Origin: Caldisphaera sp.
GTDB lineage: Archaea > Thermoproteota > Thermoprotei_A > Sulfolobales > Acidilobaceae
Assembly: GCA_049971805.1 (NCBI GenBank)
Contig: JBMFKU010000001.1
Coordinates: forward strand, 32,001 to 96,000
Reading direction: 5' to 3'
DNA length: 64,000 bases
Part shown: in pieces, positions 50,167 through 61,109 of the stretch
How positions within the stretch are numbered: position 1 is the first letter of the stretch
Layout of the letters: each line of letters starts with the position of its first letter
The notes under the pieces: generated by a model
What the model was told of the DNA's origin: nothing
What the model saw: only the letters and a program-made list of their open reading frames with translations
Database searches by the model: none
Position numbers and translations under genes: made by a program

Positions 50167-50637
50167 TTGGTTGATTTATATCCTGTGGGAATATTAGCGA
50201 AATCTAAGTGTTTTTATATAGCTGGACCAATTATTAATGCTCCTTGGCCACCAGATAATGATGTTAAGTATGTAATAAATGATATAACTGATAGCATGAA
50301 AGAATGGAATCCATCAAATTACAACTTAGATATTATTAAAAAAGTTATTTGGTATTCTACAGTTTATGGAGGTCTAATATTGATGTATTCTTGCGAACCA
50401 TTAATTCCGATGAGTAGGGTTATAATAAATATCGGTTTAGATATAGAAAAGTATGATAAGAAAGAAATTAAGGAATTTGATGATAATATTGTGTTAAAAG
50501 CGTGGGCTTTAATATTAAATGGAAATGAAAAAGAAGGCCTGGAATTAATAAGTGGAAAGATGTTTTTCCCCAATGATTTTGTATGGAAACCTGGAAATAA
50601 CTATAGCATAGCAGTTAGAGGTATTAAGTATTTATAA
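50167..50637 (+). CDS. hypothetical protein
   Basis: 156-aa ORF directly after DUF2299 gene with GAGG RBS. Confidence 0.6.
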   Translation: MVDLYPVGILAKSKCFYIAGPIINAPWPPDNDVKYVINDITDSMKEWNPSNYNLDIIKKVIWYSTVYGGLILMYSCEPLIPMSRVIINIGLDIEKYDKKEIKEFDDNIVLKAWALILNGNEKEGLELISGKMFFPNDFVWKPGNNYSIAVRGIKYL

Positions 50638-50782
50638 AAAATTATCTTATCATATTAATAAAAAATATAGCTTGATAATTTATAGTATTAATAAATGTTA
50701 TTAGTTTTTTCTTAATTTCTTATTTTTATGAGATTAGAAAAACTTATTTTCTTTTCATTTTTTTATTTAATGGGGATAAGTT

Positions 50783-51664
50783 TTGGTGTATGAAAGAGAC
50801 TTTATAGGTTATTCAAATAATTACCCAGACTTTAAATGGCCCAATGGAAAGAGACTAGCGGTTAATCTAGTTTTTAATTATGAATGTGGTTCTGAGCATT
50901 CATACAATGTTGATGGAATAGTTGAATTAATAGGTGAATTTCCGCCAACTGATATTAAGGGTAGAGATATTGGCTTGGAAAGTGTTTATGAATACGGAAC
51001 TAGGGCTGCTATTTGGAGAATATTAAAAGTTTTAAAGGATAATGATGTAAAGGCCTCATTCTTCTCGGTAGCCCATACACTAGAATTAAATCCATTAGCA
51101 GCTAAAGCGATTGTTGACCAAGGTCATGAAATAGTTGATCATGGCTTAAGATGGTTTGAAAATTATAGGTTAAGCTATGATGAAGAAAAAAGGCAAATAG
51201 AAAAATCTATTGAAATAATTAAAAATTTAACTGGTGTGAAGCCTTTAGGTTTCTATGCTAGAGAACCAAGTGAAAATACAATTGATATAATAAAGGAATT
51301 AGGATTTTTATATGATTCAGATGCATATAATGATGATTTGCCATACTATTATAAAAATGGACTTCTAATAATACCGTATACTCCAGATATAAATGACTTT
51401 CATTTTTTGTTTCCCATGAATAGATTTTCTACGGCTGAAGAATTCTTTTCTTATGTGAAGGATTCTTTTGATCAACTATATGAGGAATCAAAATATGAAA
51501 CTAAAATGATGAGTGTTGGTATGCATGTAAGAATTACTGGTAGACCTGGCAGAATTAAGGCACTGCAAGAATTTATAAGATATTTGAAATCTCATGATGT
51601 ATGGATAGCTAAAAGAGAAGAGATAGCCAAATTCTGGATAGAGAACTTTAAGAAAAGTCCATAA
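50783..51664 (+). CDS. polysaccharide-deacetylase-fold protein, PuuE allantoinase-like
   Basis: RDFIGY, WPNG.RLAV, NYE.G, ES.YEYG.R, HGLRW and H.RI.GRPGR motifs. Confidence 0.82.
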   Translation: MVYERDFIGYSNNYPDFKWPNGKRLAVNLVFNYECGSEHSYNVDGIVELIGEFPPTDIKGRDIGLESVYEYGTRAAIWRILKVLKDNDVKASFFSVAHTLELNPLAAKAIVDQGHEIVDHGLRWFENYRLSYDEEKRQIEKSIEIIKNLTGVKPLGFYAREPSENTIDIIKELGFLYDSDAYNDDLPYYYKNGLLIIPYTPDINDFHFLFPMNRFSTAEEFFSYVKDSFDQLYEESKYETKMMSVGMHVRITGRPGRIKALQEFIRYLKSHDVWIAKREEIAKFWIENFKKSP

Positions 51665-51666
51665 TT

Positions 51667-52002
51667 TTAAATTAAGTGGTTTTTAGTATATTCTTTTAAT
51701 TTATTAAAAAATTCTTCTAATGGCATGCTTGTTTTCATTAAAATCTCTTTACCATCGCATAAACTAATAAATAGACTTCCCTTGTTTATGTTCAAACTTA
51801 TGTATAACCCTCCTCTTGGTTTTCGTGACAATTCAACACCCATATCTAGTTCATACATATAATTTTTTAATAAGCTCCACGTGTGGTTATCAATAAATAT
51901 TGGGATATCTTCATTTTCTTTAAACATTATATTTAAAATATTATCATAATCAATCTGTTGAGAATATAAACTTTTATATATTTGATCTATCTCATCCATC
52001 AT
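51667..52002 (-). CDS. hypothetical protein
   Basis: 111-aa ORF filling the gap, with GTGA RBS-like element. Confidence 0.55.
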   Translation of the reverse strand: MMDEIDQIYKSLYSQQIDYDNILNIMFKENEDIPIFIDNHTWSLLKNYMYELDMGVELSRKPRGGLYISLNINKGSLFISLCDGKEILMKTSMPLEEFFNKLKEYTKNHLI

Positions 52003-52241
52003 TTATTCACTTCTTTTATTTTAAACTTTTCCTCCTAAATTTTGTTTAACTTAGTATTACTATGCTTACTAATGTTAAACTAATATAAAAGCTTTTAATT
52101 AACATTTAAACAATATGCATAATATGTTAATTAAATTGCAAAAAAGCATAAAATTTCTTAAATAATATTTATATTTTGTTTATGATTTAAAGTTATACAA
52201 ATCTATAAGGTCGGAAATACAAATTATACAAGGTGTAAGAT

Positions 52242-52562
52242 ATGCCTTGTTCAATTGACGTTGATGATATAAGTGACTTAGATGAAATTTCAAATGAAAT
52301 ATTAGACCTAGAGGATGATTTAGATACTATAACAGATACGCTGGGTGAATATAAGGAAGATTCTTTAGAAAAATTCATTGATGCATTGATGTCAGAAGGT
52401 ATAAACATAGAATGTCTTTCAAATGACGATAATGAGGAAAGAACTTGCAAATATAAGTTTAATAGTGAATTAATAGATGCAGATGTATTAATAACAATTA
52501 TTATTGAGGAAAATAGGATAAAAAGTTATGAAATAGAAAAAATTAAGATAACCCCTAAGTAA
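52242..52562 (+). CDS. highly acidic hypothetical protein
   Basis: 106 aa, 31 Asp/Glu; GGTG RBS. Confidence 0.65.
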   Translation: MPCSIDVDDISDLDEISNEILDLEDDLDTITDTLGEYKEDSLEKFIDALMSEGINIECLSNDDNEERTCKYKFNSELIDADVLITIIIEENRIKSYEIEKIKITPK

Positions 52563-52641
52563 TTTTTTATATATGCTTAGGTTCCCAAAATCTGTATCTT
52601 TATAACTTCTATTTGATACAAAGGAAATGGTGTAAGCATAG

Positions 52642-52968
52642 GTGAATCAATTGAGTTCAAAACGAGATCCCAGATCTTTTGCGTTATTATTGGTTGAGGC
52701 CAGCAGTTTATTAACGCAAGCAGCAAACTATTTAAACGGAATGATAGATAAAGATAACTCCGATAATTTGGTAGTTATTAGGGCATCACTAAAAGGTCTA
52801 TCATTACAAATAAGCAATTTGAGTAAAAGTGGATGTAATATGATAGAGCTGCAAAAAATAATAAATAGGGCTGATAAGTTAATGAATCAGATACCACCTA
52901 TTCCAAGGGTGATGCAAAATGCAATTTTGGCTAAGGAAAACTTGATAAAAGCTATGGCATATTGTTAG
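52642..52968 (+). CDS. hypothetical helical protein
   Basis: 108-aa ORF with GGTG RBS. Confidence 0.55.
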   Translation: MNQLSSKRDPRSFALLLVEASSLLTQAANYLNGMIDKDNSDNLVVIRASLKGLSLQISNLSKSGCNMIELQKIINRADKLMNQIPPIPRVMQNAILAKENLIKAMAYC

Positions 52969-53073
52969 TATTTAATAAAAATGATAAAATATATTATATA
53001 TCTTTAATATAATTTATTATTCTAATATATAGTATGTTTATCAGATAAAATATTTATAACTTAGCTTATCAAT

Positions 53074-54312
53074 ATGCATTGGGGAACGTTAATGTTAATA
53101 GAGAAAGTTATACAAAACATGTTTAATAATTATAATTGGAAATTAAAAGAGGTAGACAGTTTTAATCCTCCTTATTATGATAGGAAATTAGCATTATATA
53201 TACACGTTCCATTTTGTACGTCTCTTTGTCCGTTCTGTATATTTCATAGCATCTTATACAAACCGAGTCTAAAAAAAGGTTATTTTGATGCGCTCAAAAA
53301 AGAATTAGAGAAATATATATCAATGGGCTTTAATTTTTCTACTATATATATTGGTGGAGGTACGCCAACATTAGCTACAGAAGAAGTGTGCGATTTATTG
53401 GATTACATAAAGGAGTACAATAAAATTGATGATATTTCTATCGAGGCTTCACCTTATGATATTAATGATGAAAAAGTTTCGGAGCTTGAAAAAACAGGCA
53501 TAACAAGGTTATCATTAGGTGTTGAATCTTTTGTACCTGTTATACAAAGAAAAATAGGAAGACAACAAGTTAACACTGAGGAATTATTGGAAAAGATAGA
53601 TATAGCTTCAAAGATACCAACGTTAAATGTTGATATTCTTTTCAATATACCAGGTCAAAAAAAAGAAGATTTAGTTAATGAAATTGATATTGTTAAAAAA
53701 AGCAAGGCTAATCAAATAACCTTTTATCCAATTATGCCATCAATAAGACAAGCTCCTAAGGAATTTATGTATCCTGATGAAAAAAATGAAAAAATGTTAT
53801 ATAATGTGTTAACTAATCAATTTTCAGATAGCGATTATTATCAATCTACAGCGTGGACCTTTTCTAAAAATCAAGGCTCAATAGTTGATGAATATATAAT
53901 AGATAACGATGATTTCATAGGAGTTGGCACTGGCGCTATGAGCCATCTATCGCAATACTATTATGCAAATTCATTTAGTTTAGAAAAATATGAAAAAATG
54001 ATTAATAATGGTAAATTTTCCATTTCATTATTAAGAGAATTAAATCTTAAAGATCAAATTTATATATATTTAATTTATAGGTTGTATTCTTTAAAAATTA
54101 ATAAAAAAGAATTTGAAACTAAGTTTAACCATGATATATATCATTATCTTAGAAGTGAAATTAATCTATTAAGCTTCTTAGGTATAATAAAAGATGATGG
54201 TAATTACTTTAAGGTTACAAATAATGGAAAGTACTATTCTAATTTGTTTATGAAATATTTATATATTAATATTTCAAATATAAGAAAGTATGCAATTCAA
54301 AATAAGATATGA
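53074..54312 (+). CDS. HemN/HemW-like radical SAM enzyme
   Basis: YIHVPFCTSLCPFC, YIGGGTP, RLSLGVES and G.G.GA motifs; likely start ATG 53092. Confidence 0.88.
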   Translation: MHWGTLMLIEKVIQNMFNNYNWKLKEVDSFNPPYYDRKLALYIHVPFCTSLCPFCIFHSILYKPSLKKGYFDALKKELEKYISMGFNFSTIYIGGGTPTLATEEVCDLLDYIKEYNKIDDISIEASPYDINDEKVSELEKTGITRLSLGVESFVPVIQRKIGRQQVNTEELLEKIDIASKIPTLNVDILFNIPGQKKEDLVNEIDIVKKSKANQITFYPIMPSIRQAPKEFMYPDEKNEKMLYNVLTNQFSDSDYYQSTAWTFSKNQGSIVDEYIIDNDDFIGVGTGAMSHLSQYYYANSFSLEKYEKMINNGKFSISLLRELNLKDQIYIYLIYRLYSLKINKKEFETKFNHDIYHYLRSEINLLSFLGIIKDDGNYFKVTNNGKYYSNLFMKYLYINISNIRKYAIQNKI

Positions 54313-54481
54313 CATTAAATTTAATTACATTATGTAAATAAAAATTAAAAATTTAACATTTTAGTTAAAATATAAAAATTTATGTAGATGTTTTAGACTA
54401 GGTAAAAAGAAATATTTAAAAGGCAGAAACAATAAAAAAATATTAGTAATTTAGGTGGGGTAGATGCAAAGCCAAATTTAA

Positions 54482-54572
54482 ATTTAGTTGGTCATAATTT
54501 TATCACTCATTTAGTTGGTCATAATTTTATCACTCATTTAGTTGGTCATAATTTTATCACTCATTTAGTTGG
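54482..54572. repeat. 27-bp perfect tandem repeat, 3.4 copies (ATTTAGTTGGTCATAATTTTATCACTC)
   Basis: Units at 54482, 54509 and 54536, partial unit at 54563-54572 running into the ilvB RBS. Confidence 0.95.
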
Positions 54573-54584
54573 GGTGATTTCATT

Positions 54585-56283
54585 ATGACAAATGGATCAT
54601 CATTGGTTGTTCAATCATTAAAAAAAGAAGGAGTAAAAACAATATTTGGAATACCAGGACTGTCAAATATGCCAATATATGATGCGCTCTATGATTATGT
54701 TAATTCTGGCGAAATAAGGCAAATATTAATGAAACATGAGCAGGCAGCAGCACATGCAGCCGATGGTTTTTCAAGAGCATCTGGATTTCCAGGCGTTTGT
54801 ACTGCTACATCAGGTCCAGGCGCAATAAATTTAGCAACAGGACTAATAACTGCATACTGGGATAGCTCTCCTCTAATAGCAATTACTGGGCAGGTCCCTA
54901 GAAACTCTATGGGAAAAATGGCGTTTCAAGAGGCAGATGTTATGGGTGTTATGGAAAATATAACTAAATATATAGTAAAAATCAAAAATATAAAAGAAAT
55001 ACCGATTTGGATTAAAAATTCATTTTATATATCAATGACTGGAAGAAAAGGGCCTGTTGTAATAGATATTCCAAGGGATATATTGCAAGAAAGTATTGAT
55101 GATATAGAATGGCCAGAAAAACCAAGTGTCAAAGGTTATAAAGAATTTATAACAGAAGTTGATTTAGAAAAAATCAAGAAAGTAGCGAAGATGTTGCTTG
55201 AGGCTGAAAGACCAATAATTGTTGTAGGTACTGGGGTTATGTATTCAAACGCCTATAATCAAGTATTAAACTTATCAGAGCAATTACTTGTTCCAATAGT
55301 TTCAACTCTTCCTGGAAAAGCCTCAATACCTAATGATTTTCCACTTTACTTTGGTGTAATAGGCTATTATGGCAGGGCTGAAGCCAATAGGGCTCTGCTC
55401 GAGTCAGACTTTATGTTAATATTAGGCTCCAGAATTAGCGATAGATCATTTACATCACTTGACGAAATTACAGAAACCAAAAAGAAGATAGTTATGGTAA
55501 ACTTAGATCCTGTAGATAATGAAAAATATAACATAGCAAGCTTAACATTAAATGGTGATATAAAAATAATTTTAAATCAAATAATCGATGCCATTAGTAA
55601 AATCAAATTAGAAAAGAAAGATAAGAATTTATGGATTAAAAATATAACTGAATGGAAAGATGAATATTCTAAGTATTATTATATAGAAGATAAGAATTAC
55701 ATGAAACCATGGAAGATATTAAAAACTATAAGAGAAGTCTTGCCTAGGGATGCAATTGTTACAACAGGTGTTGGAGAGCATCAAATGTTTGCAGAAGTCT
55801 TTTGGGATGTACTTGAACCAAGGACATTCTTTACTTCGTCAGGTATGGGTACAATGGGTTTTGGATTTCCAGCAGCTATGGGAGCTAAAGTAGCGAGACC
55901 TGATAAGATAGTCGTCAATCTAGACGGTGATGGCTCTTTTTTAATGACAGGCAATAATTTGGCAACTGCGGTTGATGAAAATATACCTGTTATCTCAGTA
56001 ATATTTGATAATAGAACTCTAGGTTTGGTAAGACAAGTTCAAGATCTATTTTTTGGAAAAAGAATAGTAGGGGTTGATTTCGGTATGTCTCCGGATTTTG
56101 TTAAATATGCAGAGTCTTTTGGGGCTATTGGATATAATGCAGAATCATATGAAGGTTTAGAAAAATCATTAAAAGATGCAATCAAAAGCAATATGCCTTC
56201 AGTAATAAGAGTACCGATTAATAGGGAAGAATTAGCTTTACCAACGTTACCTCCTGGAGGTAAATTAAAGCAGGTGATATTAA

Positions 56284-56297
<14 letters not shown>
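54585..56297 (+). CDS. ilvB: acetolactate synthase large subunit
   Basis: FGIPG, HEQAAAHAADG, TSGPGA.N, FQE.D, SSGMGTMGFG.PAA and GDGSF motifs. Confidence 0.95.
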
Positions 56298-57652
<1,355 letters not shown>

Positions 57653-57695
57653 ATCCAAAAAGGCAAAATTTTTTAAGTCAAATATAATTTATATC

Positions 57696-59573
57696 TTGGT
57701 GTTTAGCATGGTAATAGAAAAGAGAAAATTTTCTGTTGATGATATCATTAATATGTCTACTATAAATGATGTTAGAATATCAAATAATAATGATATAGCC
57801 TTTTCATTTACAAAAGCTGATTTAAACAAAAATAAAAATGTAAGCGAAATACAGGTAATTTTATCCTCTAATAAAATTTATTTCTTGACTGAAAACGATA
57901 GCACTCCAAGGTGGTCCCCTTCAGGAGATAAATTAGCTTTCATAAGTAGGAGAGGAGAAGATGAAAAGACAAGAGGTCAAGCTCTATATATTTATGTAAT
58001 CGGAGGGGAGGTAAAAAGACTTTCTTGGTTCAAATTTGGCGTGCTATACATGGATTGGTTCAATGAAGATAAAATAATAGTGTTAAGTCCAAAACCTGTA
58101 GAGGCTTTTTATGATGAAGACAATGATTACGTTTCAACAGATAGATTGCCTCTTTGGATGGATGAAAGCGACTTTATTGGTAATTTTAACTATGCCATAT
58201 ATTTGGTTGATATAAATTCCGGTTATATTAAGGAAATTGCTAACGAACCTAACTATATTAATAGCATTGTATTTTGTAAAAACTATCTATATTATTCAAC
58301 TATAATTGATTATAAAAATCCCCTTTTATATAAAGTTATTAAGGTAGATATTAATGATATGAAATATGATGAGATTCTTAGCAATTATACAATAGAATCT
58401 CTAAGGTGCTTTAATGATAAGTTATACCTATTGATGCACAAAGGGGAAATAGGTCTAGCGAGTCATTTTAAACTTTATGAAATAGGCTCTGATAATAAAA
58501 TAAATTGTCTGACATGTAAGTTATTGGATAGAAATATAGTAAACATCATAGGAAGCTTTAATGATGGTTTAGCATTAATTATTAATGATTCTGGCTCATC
58601 AAAAGTTATTTTGTATAAAGAAAATTCAATTAAAGATTTATTTGGTGAAAAAGGCTATGTTTATTTAGGTGACGCAAATGGTAAATTATTAGTATATGCT
58701 TATGCCGATCCAATAAAACCTATGGAACTATATTTATATGATGGAAACAAGATTAATAAGTTAACAAAATTAAATGAATTCATATTAAATGAAACAAATT
58801 TAATAAATCCAATTCATGAGACTTTTATGTATAATGGAAGAATACTTGATGGATGGGTGATGTTGCCTAATACTAACAATAAAGTTCCATTAATATTATA
58901 TATTCATGGTGGACCAAAAAGTATGTATGGGTATAACTTTTATCCAGAAATGCAACTGATGGTATCAAATAATTTTGCTGTTGCATTTACTAATCCATTA
59001 GGAAGCGATGGCTATGAAGAAAAATTTGCTGAAATAAGAGGAAAATATGGAGAAGATGATTTTAATCAAATAATAGCATTTCTAGATTATATATTAAATA
59101 AATACAGTAATATAGATAGAGATAGATTGGGTGTTACGGGCATTAGTTATGGAGGATTTATGACAAATGTTATGATTACAAAAACTAATAGATTTAAAGC
59201 AGCAATAAGTGAAAACGGAATAGCAGATTGGATAGCAGATTATTATGCATCAGATATAGGTTATTGGTTTAATCCGGATCAAATTGGTGATACTCCTCAA
59301 GAGAACTTGGATGAATATATTAAGAAAAGTCCTGCATATTTTATCGATAATGTTAAAACACCTGTTTTGTTTATACATAGTATGCAAGATTATAGGTGCT
59401 TTGTTGATCAGTCGTTGGCAATGCACACATCATTAGTTTCCAGAGGTAAGGATTCTAGGATAATAATATTCAATAAAGGTAGCCATGGTCATAGCACAAA
59501 AGCTGAGCCGAGACACAGAAAAAAGAGATATGAAATAAAGTTGAAATATTTTAATGAAAAACTAAAAATATAA
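57696..59573 (+). CDS. S9-family acylaminoacyl peptidase
   Basis: beta-propeller N-terminus, IHGGP, GISYGG, D and H triad. Confidence 0.92.
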   Translation: MVFSMVIEKRKFSVDDIINMSTINDVRISNNNDIAFSFTKADLNKNKNVSEIQVILSSNKIYFLTENDSTPRWSPSGDKLAFISRRGEDEKTRGQALYIYVIGGEVKRLSWFKFGVLYMDWFNEDKIIVLSPKPVEAFYDEDNDYVSTDRLPLWMDESDFIGNFNYAIYLVDINSGYIKEIANEPNYINSIVFCKNYLYYSTIIDYKNPLLYKVIKVDINDMKYDEILSNYTIESLRCFNDKLYLLMHKGEIGLASHFKLYEIGSDNKINCLTCKLLDRNIVNIIGSFNDGLALIINDSGSSKVILYKENSIKDLFGEKGYVYLGDANGKLLVYAYADPIKPMELYLYDGNKINKLTKLNEFILNETNLINPIHETFMYNGRILDGWVMLPNTNNKVPLILYIHGGPKSMYGYNFYPEMQLMVSNNFAVAFTNPLGSDGYEEKFAEIRGKYGEDDFNQIIAFLDYILNKYSNIDRDRLGVTGISYGGFMTNVMITKTNRFKAAISENGIADWIADYYASDIGYWFNPDQIGDTPQENLDEYIKKSPAYFIDNVKTPVLFIHSMQDYRCFVDQSLAMHTSLVSRGKDSRIIIFNKGSHGHSTKAEPRHRKKRYEIKLKYFNEKLKI

Positions 59574-59663
59574 GATTTTAGTTTTTATAGAACTTTACTA
59601 AAAAACAGAATTTATTAGTCATTCAAAAGCTAAAATTTTTTATTTTTGGTTTTAGATTATTGA

Positions 59664-61109
59664 TTGTGGGGTAATATGTTAAGAATAAACCTTCCTAAAA
59701 AAGAAATAAACACATTTTATGCATTTTCAGAAGAAGTTCCATCTGAAGAATATTGTAGAGGATTAGCATGCTATGTAGCTAGAAACCTAAAACCTGAAAT
59801 ATGGAAAAAAGCAGTTTCTCAAAACACTAGGACTTATTGCTTAGGTAAATGCTATTCTTCACCTTCTTCATCGAGTTATGATGAAAAACCAATTATTCAA
59901 AATAAATCAAGAGAATCGATTTTATTGAAATATATGATTAAAGAAAATTCTAATATAAAAGATTATTTAGCTCTCGGAGGATTCAAATCAATGGAATACG
60001 CTCTAACTTCAATGTCTCAAAAAGAAATTATTGATGAAGTTGATAAATCTTTTTTAAGAGGAAGAGGAGGAGCCGGATTTCCAACTGGAAAAAAATGGCT
60101 ATCTGTTTTTAACCAAAAAGAAAAAGAAAGATATCTAATAGTTAATGCAGACGAAGGGGATCCTGGGGCATTCAGTGATAGGTTCTTAATGGAATATTCA
60201 CCTCACTTAGTTATAGAAGGTTCAATCATATCAGCATATGCTATAGGTGCAAAGAAGATTTACTTTTATATAAGAAGAGAATATCCAAAGTCAATATTTA
60301 GGATAAAAAATGCTATATTAGAAATAAAGCATTATTTTGAAGGTAAATTGAAATTACCTGATATCTTAGTTGAAGTTGGGAAAGGAAGTTATGTATCTGG
60401 AGAGGAAACTGCAATGATAAATGCAATAATGGGTAGGAGACCAGAACCCATGCAAAGGCCTCCTTTTCCAACTGAAAGAGGACTTTTTGGGAAGCCAACA
60501 GTTGTAAATAATGTTGAAACCATATCAAACATACCATACATAGTTGAAAATGGTGGTAAGAAATACTATGAACTAGGATTTTCTAAGAGCAGGGGAACCA
60601 AATTAATTTCTTTAAATTCATTATTTAATGAACCAGGATTGTATGAGGTGGAATTCGGTATAACACTTGATGATATAGTTTATAAAATAGGAGGAGGATT
60701 AAAAAAAGGTAAGTTAACTGGTGTCTTAATTGGAGCACCTTTTTCAGGAGTTGTTAAACCAGATGAATTAAATACAAGGCTTGGATACGAAGAATTAAAG
60801 GAGATCAATGCTTCATTGGGTCATGGAAATATAATAGCATTTAATGACGAAACTAAAATTGGTGATCTATTGCATGAAATTCTCCTTTTCTCTTCTTATG
60901 AATCTTGTGGAAAATGTACACCTTGTAGAGTTGGAACAAAGAGACTAGAAGAAATATTTTCTAAAGGATATGTATCATTAAATGAATTAGATGAGGTTAA
61001 CGATATAGTTTATGCGTTAAGAAAATCAAGTTTATGTGGATTAGGTACAGGCACAGGGGAAACAGTAAACACCTTTTTATTAAAATATAGAGATGAGGTG
61101 ATAAAATAA
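59664..61109 (+). CDS. NuoE-NuoF-like fusion (NAD(H)/FMN flavoprotein subunit)
   Basis: N-terminal CRGLAC...CLGKC 2Fe-2S motif; LRGRGGAGFPTG.KW, NADEGDPG, GEETA, NNVET and ESCGKCTPCR...CGLG motifs. Confidence 0.9.
   Translation: MWGNMLRINLPKKEINTFYAFSEEVPSEEYCRGLACYVARNLKPEIWKKAVSQNTRTYCLGKCYSSPSSSSYDEKPIIQNKSRESILLKYMIKENSNIKDYLALGGFKSMEYALTSMSQKEIIDEVDKSFLRGRGGAGFPTGKKWLSVFNQKEKERYLIVNADEGDPGAFSDRFLMEYSPHLVIEGSIISAYAIGAKKIYFYIRREYPKSIFRIKNAILEIKHYFEGKLKLPDILVEVGKGSYVSGEETAMINAIMGRRPEPMQRPPFPTERGLFGKPTVVNNVETISNIPYIVENGGKKYYELGFSKSRGTKLISLNSLFNEPGLYEVEFGITLDDIVYKIGGGLKKGKLTGVLIGAPFSGVVKPDELNTRLGYEELKEINASLGHGNIIAFNDETKIGDLLHEILLFSSYESCGKCTPCRVGTKRLEEIFSKGYVSLNELDEVNDIVYALRKSSLCGLGTGTGETVNTFLLKYRDEVIK

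Noticed and set aside
54482-54572. Possible mini CRISPR array
   Set aside because: Units are head-to-tail identical with no unique spacers, and there are no cas genes in the window.
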